A stretch of 63,624 nt of DNA, counting the filler, from Thermodesulfobacteriota bacterium (lineage in GTDB: Bacteria > DASVDK01), in NCBI GenBank assembly GCA_036381125.1. It is 4 parts of 4 records of this genome, joined end to end, with 100 filler letters (N's around TTAATTAATTAA, not from the genome) between each part and the next. Parts side by side here need not be neighbours in the genome. Positions count along the whole stretch, not along the records: positions 54,996 to 63,624 come from DASVDK010000330.1; 3 more parts are not named here. One strand, 5' to 3'. Positions 56,595 through 63,624 of the stretch are shown here, piece by piece. Numbering within the stretch: position 1 is the first letter of the stretch; each line of letters begins with the position of its first letter. Below the pieces are notes generated by a model, which saw nothing but the letters and a program-made list of their open reading frames with translations, did not search any database and was not told the DNA's origin. Position numbers and translations under genes: made by a program.

Positions 56595-57839
56595 CTAGAA
56601 GCGCAGGAAGGCGCCGACCCCTTCGAGGTCGTCGTCGAGCCTGGGGTCCGGGTCGCCCACGAACTCCACGGTCGCCCGCTGGTCTTCCGCCTTCTCGACG
56701 AGGTACTGGAGCACCTGCACCTCGACGAGAGGCCCGCCGCAGTAGGGACACGCCGGGTGGCCGGCGCCGACGACGAAGCCGCAGCGCTCGCAGCGGCCAC
56801 CCCTCGCGTCGAAGCGCCGGCTCACGACCACGCGCTCGACCTTCCCCTGCTGGAGCGCTTCGAGCGTGTCGTCGACCCCGCCGACCGCGTAGAAGTCCCC
56901 GAGGACCCGGTCGTGCAGCTCGTCGACCATCCGCTCGCGGGCGGCGCGCCTCGTCGCCTCGACGAGCGGCTCCACCTTCGCGACGATCTCGGCGTCGCCG
57001 GCGTGCGGCTCGACGGTCCCGGTGCCGACGATCCTCTCGGCGAGCGCCTGCGGCAGCTCCTCCCGGAACGCGGCGAGGTTCACGTCCTGACCGAGGAGCA
57101 CGACCCCGTCCGGCGCCTCGCGCCGGACGATCCGCTCGACCTCGCCGGCCAGGTCGCGCAGCCAGCGCTGCGCGTGCTCCTCCTTGTGCCGTTGCGTGTG
57201 CATCTGTGCCCAGCCGCCCGGCTGCGAGCGGATGCGCCCCTGGAACGTCTGGTCGCTCCCCTCCGCGCGCTCGGCCTCGGCGCCGACGACCCGCGAGAGA
57301 TAGACCGAGAGGATCCGGGCGTCGTCCGCGTCGAGCCGTATCGCGAGGTAGTGGGCGTAGCGGCCGATCGCGCGCAGGATCGGCCCGAGGTCGGGGCCGC
57401 GTCCCAGGATGAAGCGGTTCTCGACCCCGACCGGCAGGCGGAACGCCTGGAAGAACGGCCCCTCGCCGCCGGTCTCCGCCCGGGCGGCCGGGATCTCCGC
57501 GAAGACCGCGATCCCGGCGACGCCGTCGAGATCCACGGACCGGACGTAGTCGCGGGCCCGATCGATCAGGCGGTCGTAGCCGAGCAGGTCGCCCCCGGCG
57601 CCGGAGATCCGGCTCCTCGCCGATTTCGCTCGCTTGTCGAGGAAGATGCCGAAGTGTCGCTTCCCCTGCGCGTCGGCGCGCGCGTCGAGGTAGAGCGACA
57701 GGAAGCGGGGCCCGTCGAGGAGCGGCCGGTCGAGAAGAGCCCGCAGGTCGGGATCCGCGAGCGGCGTGGTGGCGGCGGGCAGTGGCGCCCCGTCCGGCGC
57801 GGGCCGGGGGCGCTCGTCGGCCGGAGGTGTCGTGCTCAT
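56595..57839 (-). CDS. Bacterial archaeo-eukaryotic release factor (baeRF / aeRF1 superfamily) homologue with C4 zinc ribbon
   Basis: N-terminal FLSLYLD, GIAVFA..F....LP, PGGWAQ...QRH catalytic-loop-like segment, V.G...TL.AL..GKVE, CERC..CPYC insert, VEFV, C-terminal GVGAFLRF (aRF1-like GIGAxLRF). Confidence 0.85.
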   Translation of the reverse strand: MSTTPPADERPRPAPDGAPLPAATTPLADPDLRALLDRPLLDGPRFLSLYLDARADAQGKRHFGIFLDKRAKSARSRISGAGGDLLGYDRLIDRARDYVRSVDLDGVAGIAVFAEIPAARAETGGEGPFFQAFRLPVGVENRFILGRGPDLGPILRAIGRYAHYLAIRLDADDARILSVYLSRVVGAEAERAEGSDQTFQGRIRSQPGGWAQMHTQRHKEEHAQRWLRDLAGEVERIVRREAPDGVVLLGQDVNLAAFREELPQALAERIVGTGTVEPHAGDAEIVAKVEPLVEATRRAARERMVDELHDRVLGDFYAVGGVDDTLEALQQGKVERVVVSRRFDARGGRCERCGFVVGAGHPACPYCGGPLVEVQVLQYLVEKAEDQRATVEFVGDPDPRLDDDLEGVGAFLRF

Positions 57840-57904
57840 GGCCCGGAACGGGACGCAACGCCCGTGCCGGGCCGGCGGGGACCGCTACCCCGGCAACCGC
57901 GGGG

Positions 57905-59014
57905 TCAGGCGCGGAACTCGAGCTTCGAGACGGTGAACCGCTCGAGGCGCTCCGGGACGACCTCCACGCCGAGGCCGGGGCCGGTGGGGACCGGAAGCGT
58001 GCCGTCCTGGACGTGGAACGGCGGCTCGGCGATGTCCTCGACGTAGTACCGGTCGCTGCCGGAGACGTCGCCCGGCAGCGTGAAGCCCGGCAGGCTCGCG
58101 ATGGCGACGTTGGCGGCGCGGCCGATGCCGAACTCGTGCTGGCCGCCGCACCAGACCGGGGCGCCCCGCTCGAGGCAGACGTCGTGGAGGCGCTTCGCCT
58201 CCGAGAGGCCGCCGACCCGCCCCACCTTGATGTTGATGATCCGGCAGGCGCCGAGGTCGAGCGCCTTGCGGCCGTCGGCCGCGCCGTGGATCGACTCGTC
58301 GAGGCAGATCGGCGTCCGCACCGCCTTCTGGAGCGCGGCGTGGTCGATGATGTCGTCGTGGGCGAGCGGCTGCTCGATCATCATGAGGTCGTAGGCGTCG
58401 AGCCGCTCGAAGAGCGGGAGGTCCGCGAGCGTGTAGGCGCTGTTGGCGTCGAGCATGAGCGGCGTCTTCGGGTAGTGCTGCCGGAAGCCCTTCGCGAGCG
58501 CCTCGTCCTGCCCCGGCTTGATCTTGAGCTTGATCCGCCGGTACCCGGCGGCCAGCGCCTTCTCGATGGCGGGCCTGAGGGCGTCGAACCCGCCCGCCTC
58601 GAGACCGAGCGACACGCCGCTCTCGATGCGGTCGCGCGTGCCGCCGAGGAGCGAGGCGACCGTAACACCCCGCCGGCGCGCCTCGAGGTCCCAGAGCGCC
58701 ATGTCGAGGGCGGCCTTCGCGTAGGGATGTCCCCGGATCTTGCGGACCGCCGGCGGCAGCTCGCCCGGCCAGGTCAGCTCCTGTCCCACCACGGCCGGCG
58801 CGATGAAGTCCCTGAGGATGTGGATCGTGGTCTGGTAGGTGTCGGGCGAGTAGTACGGCGTCGCCTGGCACGCCCCCTCGCCCCACCCGGTGACCCCGCC
58901 GGCATCGACGCGGACGATCACGTGGTCGATGTCCTGCTTCGAGCCGAACGAGGTCTCGAAGGGGGCCTTCAGGCGAAGGCGGACGTGCCGCACCTCCATA
59001 CGCTCGATCTTCAT
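57905..59014 (-). CDS. menC: o-succinylbenzoate synthase / N-succinylamino acid racemase (NSAR/OSBS)
   Basis: PFETSFG, GWGE, RIKLKIKPG (KxK), DANSAY, IEQP, CLDES, NIKVGRVGG, WCGG, PGDVS.S.RYY. Confidence 0.9.
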   Translation of the reverse strand: MKIERMEVRHVRLRLKAPFETSFGSKQDIDHVIVRVDAGGVTGWGEGACQATPYYSPDTYQTTIHILRDFIAPAVVGQELTWPGELPPAVRKIRGHPYAKAALDMALWDLEARRRGVTVASLLGGTRDRIESGVSLGLEAGGFDALRPAIEKALAAGYRRIKLKIKPGQDEALAKGFRQHYPKTPLMLDANSAYTLADLPLFERLDAYDLMMIEQPLAHDDIIDHAALQKAVRTPICLDESIHGAADGRKALDLGACRIINIKVGRVGGLSEAKRLHDVCLERGAPVWCGGQHEFGIGRAANVAIASLPGFTLPGDVSGSDRYYVEDIAEPPFHVQDGTLPVPTGPGLGVEVVPERLERFTVSKLEFRA

Positions 59015-59910
59015 CGGGGCAGGTCCTCCGCGTCACGCAGGTCGAGGGCGGCAAACGGCTCGACCCGGTAGGCCACGCGCCGGCCGCCCTCGAAGCGCAC
59101 GACGCCGGTCGCGGCAAAGCCGCGCTCGAAGAGGCCCTGGAACGCGCGCCGCAGGACGAGGCGCCAGTCGAGCGCGAGCGCGCCGTCCTTCTGCTTGATG
59201 GCCTGGATGTCGGAGGGAGCCTCGACGTACCAGACCCCCTCGGCGCGGCCGGGCAGGTCGTTCAGCCCCTCGGGGGCGACGAAGCCGCCCTCGCGCGGCT
59301 CGGCACGCGTGAGAAGCGCCCCGGGATCCACCTCGGGCGTCTCGCGCACCGGATGCCGGCCGGCCAGGGCGGCCGCCACGTGGCGGCTGCGGACGTGCCA
59401 TTCGACCTCGAACCGGTCGGTCGGCAGCCCCTCGTTGATGTGTCCCGTGATCGGCCCGTAGAGGTCGGCCACGTAGGCGCGCGCGATCCCGCCGAGCTTG
59501 ACGAGGTTCAGGTGGGCGTTGCGCGTCTCGAGCGGATCGTACGTCCACCTCGCCCAGCTCAGCCCCTGCCGGAGGATGTGGTCGCGCTGGGCCCGCTTGA
59601 GCCGCTCGCCGAGACCGCGGTTCTGGTACTCCGGGAGCGCCGCCATGCGCTGGGAGACGTGGATCGGCCGTCCGTCCTTGAGGCCGACGAAGCCGTAGAC
59701 GAACGCCACCAGCCGCGGGCCGTCGAAGACCCCGAGGCAGAGGCCGCCGAACTTGGCCGCGGTCATGAGCTGCGGCAGCGGGATCACCGTGATGTCGTCG
59801 TAGCCCCAGACCTCCTGCTGCAACCGCTCGGCGGCCTTGTATTCGGCGAGCGAGTCGAGGGGGCGAATGACGAGCGAGTCGACGGGGGGCACGTTACGGG
59901 TAGATGCCAC
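59011..59910 (-). CDS. GNAT-family acyltransferase (NSAR-associated type)
   Basis: LQ.EVWG, GG...G.F, QNRGLG..LK..QR, WTYDPL...NA.LN..KLG, DLYG, GLPTDRF..EW, ALDWR. Alternative start GTG 59892. Confidence 0.85.
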   Translation of the reverse strand: MASTRNVPPVDSLVIRPLDSLAEYKAAERLQQEVWGYDDITVIPLPQLMTAAKFGGLCLGVFDGPRLVAFVYGFVGLKDGRPIHVSQRMAALPEYQNRGLGERLKRAQRDHILRQGLSWARWTYDPLETRNAHLNLVKLGGIARAYVADLYGPITGHINEGLPTDRFEVEWHVRSRHVAAALAGRHPVRETPEVDPGALLTRAEPREGGFVAPEGLNDLPGRAEGVWYVEAPSDIQAIKQKDGALALDWRLVLRRAFQGLFERGFAATGVVRFEGGRRVAYRVEPFAALDLRDAEDLPR

Positions 59911-61195
59911 GCAGCTGCACCGCCTTCGCGACCCGGCCGATGCCGACCATGAGGGCCGCGGTTCGCATGTCGACCTTGCGGTCGATCGACACCTGGAGCA
60001 CTTCGCGGAATGCCGAGTACATGACCTCCTTGAGGCTCGCGTTCACCTGGGCCTCGTTCCAGAAGTACTTCTGGAGCGACTGGACCCACTCGAAGTAGCT
60101 CACCGTGACGCCCCCGGCGTTGGCCAGGATGTCGGGGATGACGAAGACCCCCTTGTCGGCCAGGATCTCGTCGGCCTCGGGCGTGGTCGGCACGTTGGCC
60201 CCTTCGGCGAGGATGCGGCAGCGGAGCCGCGGCGCGTTGCCGGCGTGGATCTGGTGGCCGAGCGCGGCCGGGACGAGGACGTCGACCGGCAGCTCGAGCA
60301 GCTCCGCGTTCGAGATCGCGTCGACCCCCGGAAAGCCGACGATGGTGCCGCCGTGCTCACGAGCGTACGCGTGCAGCGCCAGCGGGTCGAGGCCGCCCGG
60401 GTCGTAGAGGCCGCCGTTCACGTCGCTCACCGCCACCACCTTCGCGCCGCTCTCGTGGAGGAGCCTCGCGGCGTGGAAGCCGACCTTGCCGAAGCCCTGG
60501 ACGGCGCAGGTCGTGTCGGAGAGCGAGAGGCCGAGGTGGCGCACCGCGTCGATGACCGTGAAGACCAGGCCCCGGCCGGTGGCGTCGGTACGCCCGACCG
60601 AGCCGCCCACGGCGATCGGCTTGCCGGTGACGATCTCCGGGACCGAGTGGCCCATCTGCATGGAGTAGGTGTCCATGATCCAGGCCATCGTCTGCTCGTC
60701 GGTGCCCATGTCGGGCGCCGGGATGTCGGTCTCCGGCCCGATGATGTTGACGATCTCGCTCGTGTACCGGCGGGTGACCCGCTCGAGCTCGCCGAGGGAC
60801 ATCTCGCGCGGGTTGCAGTCGACCGCGCCCTTCGCCCCGCCGAACGGGATGTTCATGAGGGCGCACTTCCAGGTCATGGTCGCGGCGAGCGCCGTGACCT
60901 CGTCGAGGTCCACCTCCGGGTGGTAGCGGATGCCCCCCTTGGCCGGCCCGCGCGCCATGTCGTACTGCACCCGGTAGCCCGTGTAGACGCGGACCGAGCC
61001 GTCGTCCATCTTGATCGGCACCGACACGATCAGGGCTCGCTTCGGGTGCCGGAGCTTCTCGTAGATGCCCGGGTCGATGTCGAGGTGCCGCGTCGCCCGA
61101 TCCATCTGCTCGAGCAACTGCTCGAACGGGCTCTTGGCGGCGCGGGCCGGGGCCACCGCGGCAACGCTGGCGCGGGTGGACTTCGCGTGGGCCAT
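59894..61195 (-). CDS. gdhA: Glu/Leu/Phe/Val dehydrogenase, probably glutamate dehydrogenase
   Basis: GPAKGGIRYHP, MTWKCA, PFGGAKG, DIPAPD, TGKP..GGS.GR..ATG.G, QGFGKVG, EGAN, NAGGVTVSYFEW. Confidence 0.95.
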   Translation of the reverse strand: MAHAKSTRASVAAVAPARAAKSPFEQLLEQMDRATRHLDIDPGIYEKLRHPKRALIVSVPIKMDDGSVRVYTGYRVQYDMARGPAKGGIRYHPEVDLDEVTALAATMTWKCALMNIPFGGAKGAVDCNPREMSLGELERVTRRYTSEIVNIIGPETDIPAPDMGTDEQTMAWIMDTYSMQMGHSVPEIVTGKPIAVGGSVGRTDATGRGLVFTVIDAVRHLGLSLSDTTCAVQGFGKVGFHAARLLHESGAKVVAVSDVNGGLYDPGGLDPLALHAYAREHGGTIVGFPGVDAISNAELLELPVDVLVPAALGHQIHAGNAPRLRCRILAEGANVPTTPEADEILADKGVFVIPDILANAGGVTVSYFEWVQSLQKYFWNEAQVNASLKEVMYSAFREVLQVSIDRKVDMRTAALMVGIGRVAKAVQLRGIYP

Positions 61196-61227
61196 GATGA
61201 AGACGTCCTCCTGACGTGAACCTGCGT

Positions 61228-61257
61228 ACCGTAGCCGCGCCGCGAGGTCGATGTCAA
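61228..61257 (-). promoter_or_regulatory. Putative sigma70 promoter of the gdhA operon
   Basis: Minus strand TTGACA, 18 nt, TACGGT, then AGGAGG RBS. Confidence 0.5.
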
Positions 61258-61311
61258 GCGCCAGCCCGCCTCTGCCTTGTTATAGCTCCCTGATTTTGCT
61301 AGCTTCTTTGG

Positions 61312-62208
61312 ATGAACTGCACGACGGCGGCGTCAGGTGTCGAAACCGCCGGGTGGACCTGTCTCGTCGTCGGCCTGCCGGTGGCGGCGTCGTCCGACGC
61401 CGTCGACAGCCTGGCCGCCCTCCTGGTAGGCCTCGGGGCCGCCGGGCTCGAGGAGCCCGAGGGGCGCCTGCTCGCCTACTTTCCGAACGACGCCGATCTC
61501 GACCGCCGGGTGTCCGCCGCCGCCGCCCACGCCGCCCGCCTGCTCGGCCCCGGCGTCACCGTGGAGCGGCGCGCCGTCCCCCAGGTCGACTGGGTCGAGA
61601 CCTGGAAGCGCGAGGTCCGCGCCGCACGCGTGGCGCCCGGCATCGTCGTCGCGCCCACCTGGGATCCCTACGACGCCGGGCCTGGCGAGACGGTGATCCG
61701 GCTCGACCCCGGCATGGCGTTCGGCACCGGCGCTCACGCCTCCACCCGTCTCTGCCTTGCCGCCCTCGCCGCGCACCCGCCCGCCGGCCGGGTCGTGCTC
61801 GACCTCGGCACCGGGTCGGGCATCCTCGCGATCGCGGCCGCCAGGCTCGGCGCCGCGCGCGTGCTCGCCGCCGACATCGACCCCGTCGCCGCCGCCGTGG
61901 CCGCGGAGAACGTCGCGCTGAACGGCGTGGGCGAGTCGGTCGAGATCGTCACCGGCGGCCTCGACGCGTGCGAGGGGAGCTTCGACCTCGTCGTCGCGAA
62001 TATTCTCGCCGAACCGCTCGTCCGGATGGCCGAGGGGATCGCCGCGCGCGTGCGGCCGGGCGGACAGGCGGTCCTCTCCGGCCTTCTCGTGACCGACGCC
62101 GACGCCGTCGCCGCGGCCTACGCGGCCGCCGGTCTCGGCAGGGCACGTCGCCTGATCGAGACCGACGCGAGCGGCCTCGCCTGGGCGGCGCTCGTGCTGG
62201 AGCGCTAG
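61312..62208 (+). CDS. prmA: Ribosomal protein L11 methyltransferase
   Basis: DW...WK, V.PTW, LDPGMAFGTGAHASTRLCL, LDLGTGSGILAI, DID, VANIL, LSGL. Confidence 0.95.
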   Translation: MNCTTAASGVETAGWTCLVVGLPVAASSDAVDSLAALLVGLGAAGLEEPEGRLLAYFPNDADLDRRVSAAAAHAARLLGPGVTVERRAVPQVDWVETWKREVRAARVAPGIVVAPTWDPYDAGPGETVIRLDPGMAFGTGAHASTRLCLAALAAHPPAGRVVLDLGTGSGILAIAAARLGAARVLAADIDPVAAAVAAENVALNGVGESVEIVTGGLDACEGSFDLVVANILAEPLVRMAEGIAARVRPGGQAVLSGLLVTDADAVAAAYAAAGLGRARRLIETDASGLAWAALVLER

Positions 62209-62209
62209 G

Positions 62210-62962
62210 GTGACCCCTCGACTCTTCATCGAGCGCCACTGGGTCGACGGGACCGGGCGGCTCGTCCGGCTCCCGCGCGACCAGGCGCGCTATCTTCGAA
62301 GCGTCCTGCGGCTCGCGCCGGGCGCCGAGGTGACGCTCCTCGACGGAACCGGCCTGCAGTACGCCGCCGTGCTCCGCGACCTCGGCGGCGAGGCCCGGGC
62401 GGAGATCGTCCGGGAAGGGCCCGCGACCGTCACCGGCACCGGCGTGGTGCTCGCGCCGGCCCTCACGAAAGGGGCGAGGCTCGACCTCGTGGTCCAGAAG
62501 GCGACCGAGCTCGGCGCGGCGGCCATCCACCCGCTCCTCACGCGGCGTGCGGTGCCGCGCGTGGAGGACGGCGGCCCGTCGCGCGTCGCACGGTGGCGCC
62601 GGATCGCCATCGAGGCGGCCGAGCAGTGCGAGCGCGGCGACCTGCCGGCCATCCATCCGGTGGAGCCGCTCGATCGGTTCCTCGCGCGCCCCTTCCCCGG
62701 CGCCCTGCGTCTCTGCTTCCACGAGGGGGCGGCGCGCGGCGCCGGCGACGTGGCGAAGCTCGCCGACGTGCTGGCCGGCGGCCTCTCGCGCGGCCGGACC
62801 GTCGTCGCGCTCCTCGGGCCCGAGGGCGGCTTCGCCCCCGAGGAGGCCGAGGCGGCCAGGGCCGCCGGATACCTCTGGGTGGGGCTCGGGCCCCGTGTCC
62901 TCCGCGCCGAGACCGCGGCGCTCGCCGCGCTCGCGGTCCTGGCCTACGAGATCGAGCGATGA
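62210..62962 (+). CDS. rsmE: 16S rRNA (uracil-1498-N3)-methyltransferase
   Basis: VLRL..G, QKATELG, EAAEQCER, GPEGGF, LGPRVLRAETA. Confidence 0.96.
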   Translation: MTPRLFIERHWVDGTGRLVRLPRDQARYLRSVLRLAPGAEVTLLDGTGLQYAAVLRDLGGEARAEIVREGPATVTGTGVVLAPALTKGARLDLVVQKATELGAAAIHPLLTRRAVPRVEDGGPSRVARWRRIAIEAAEQCERGDLPAIHPVEPLDRFLARPFPGALRLCFHEGAARGAGDVAKLADVLAGGLSRGRTVVALLGPEGGFAPEEAEAARAAGYLWVGLGPRVLRAETAALAALAVLAYEIER

Positions 62963-63624
62963 CCTGTCGCGTCTGCGGCTTCCGCAACCTCGACTCCCGG
63001 GCGACCTGCCGCCGCTGCGGCGCCGCGCTCGCGGCCACTCTCGACAAGACGCTCGGCGACGACGCCGCGGACGACGCCGGTCTCGTCCTCGAGCTCGACG
63101 AGCACGACATCGAGCCGCGGCCCACGTCGCCTCCCGGTCAGGCCGCGCCGCGTCCCGACCCGGCCGCCGAGGCGCTGCGCGCCCGCGCCCTCACGGCGGG
63201 CGATCGGGACCCGCGGCACGCCGCCGCGCGCGAGTCGGCCGAGCGGCCGGCCCCCTCCGCGCCGCCGGCGCCGCCCGCACCTCTGGCGCCGCCCCGGACC
63301 GCCCCCGAGCCGCCGGCGCCGCCCCGGACCGCCCTCGAGCCGCCGGCGCCCCCGGCCGGCCACGCGCCGCCGCTTCCGCCCGCATCGCCCGCGGCGGCTC
63401 GACCGCGGCCGGTCGAGCCTCCCGCCCCTGCCGAGCCGCCCCCCGCACCGTCGTCGGCGGCGGCCGGCCACACGCTCGACCTCGACGCCCCGCCGTACGG
63501 CGGCCTCGGGGACGCGCGGCCGCCGGCCGCGGCGCGCCCGCGGCCGAACCCGTTCGTCGGCGACACCGCGGCCGGTGTCCGGCGGTGGCCGCCTGCGGCG
63601 CCGCCGCCGGCCGCTGCCTCGCCC
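62959..63624 (+). CDS. N-terminal zinc-ribbon protein with long Pro-rich linker (3' truncated)
   Basis: ATG overlaps the rsmE stop; MTCRVCGFRNLDSRATCRRCGAAL, then acidic and Pro/Ala-rich region open to the window end (absent from the ORF track because it has no stop). Confidence 0.75.
   Translation, partial: MTCRVCGFRNLDSRATCRRCGAALAATLDKTLGDDAADDAGLVLELDEHDIEPRPTSPPGQAAPRPDPAAEALRARALTAGDRDPRHAAARESAERPAPSAPPAPPAPLAPPRTAPEPPAPPRTALEPPAPPAGHAPPLPPASPAAARPRPVEPPAPAEPPPAPSSAAAGHTLDLDAPPYGGLGDARPPAAARPRPNPFVGDTAAGVRRWPPAAPPPAAASP
63285..63350 (+). repeat. Intragenic 30-bp tandem repeat (APPRTA[P/L]EPP)
   Basis: GGCGCCGCCCCGGACCGCCC(C/T)CGAGCCGCC repeated about 2.2 times. Confidence 0.7.

Noticed and set aside
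59837..61219. 460-aa ORF antisense to gdhA
   Set aside because: Shadow ORF from GC3 bias opposite a clear gene; no independent motifs.

Overview
Very GC-rich bacterial DNA made of four contigs (1-19025, 19126-50918, 51019-54895, 54996-63624) joined by artificial 100-nt N/TTAATTAATTAA linkers, so gene adjacency across the linkers means nothing. Lipoproteins, SurA-like chaperones, an LpoA-like protein, Tat, and the mfd-PPIase-PPIase and hemW-hrcA-grpE orders suggest a diderm of the former Deltaproteobacteria or a related lineage (inference). Content is mostly housekeeping: aceB, acs, tRNA-Gly(CCC), ycaQ, typA, tag, csaA, uvrA, panBC, a phosphomutase, mfd, tatBC, dnaJ-grpE-hrcA with CIRCE, hemW, PBP1A, plsY, pgsA, tlyA, dxs, gdhA, prmA, rsmE. 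The most unusual items are: an archaeal/eukaryote-type release-factor homologue with a Zn ribbon next to a REP-like 23-bp tandem repeat and a disordered protein; a XerC/D-like recombinase followed by a C-protein-like HTH gene with a perfect 20-bp palindrome; an orphan beta-RFAP-synthase (MptG)-like gene; a degenerate archease paired with a metallophosphoesterase; a heat-shock operon lacking dnaK; a GDH-GNAT-NSAR/OSBS operon; a nuclease-fold lipoprotein with apparently lost catalytic residues; many apparently leaderless genes; and a transporter with no canonical start codon. No CRISPR, rRNA or transposase was seen. All family calls come from motif recognition by eye, not database searches.
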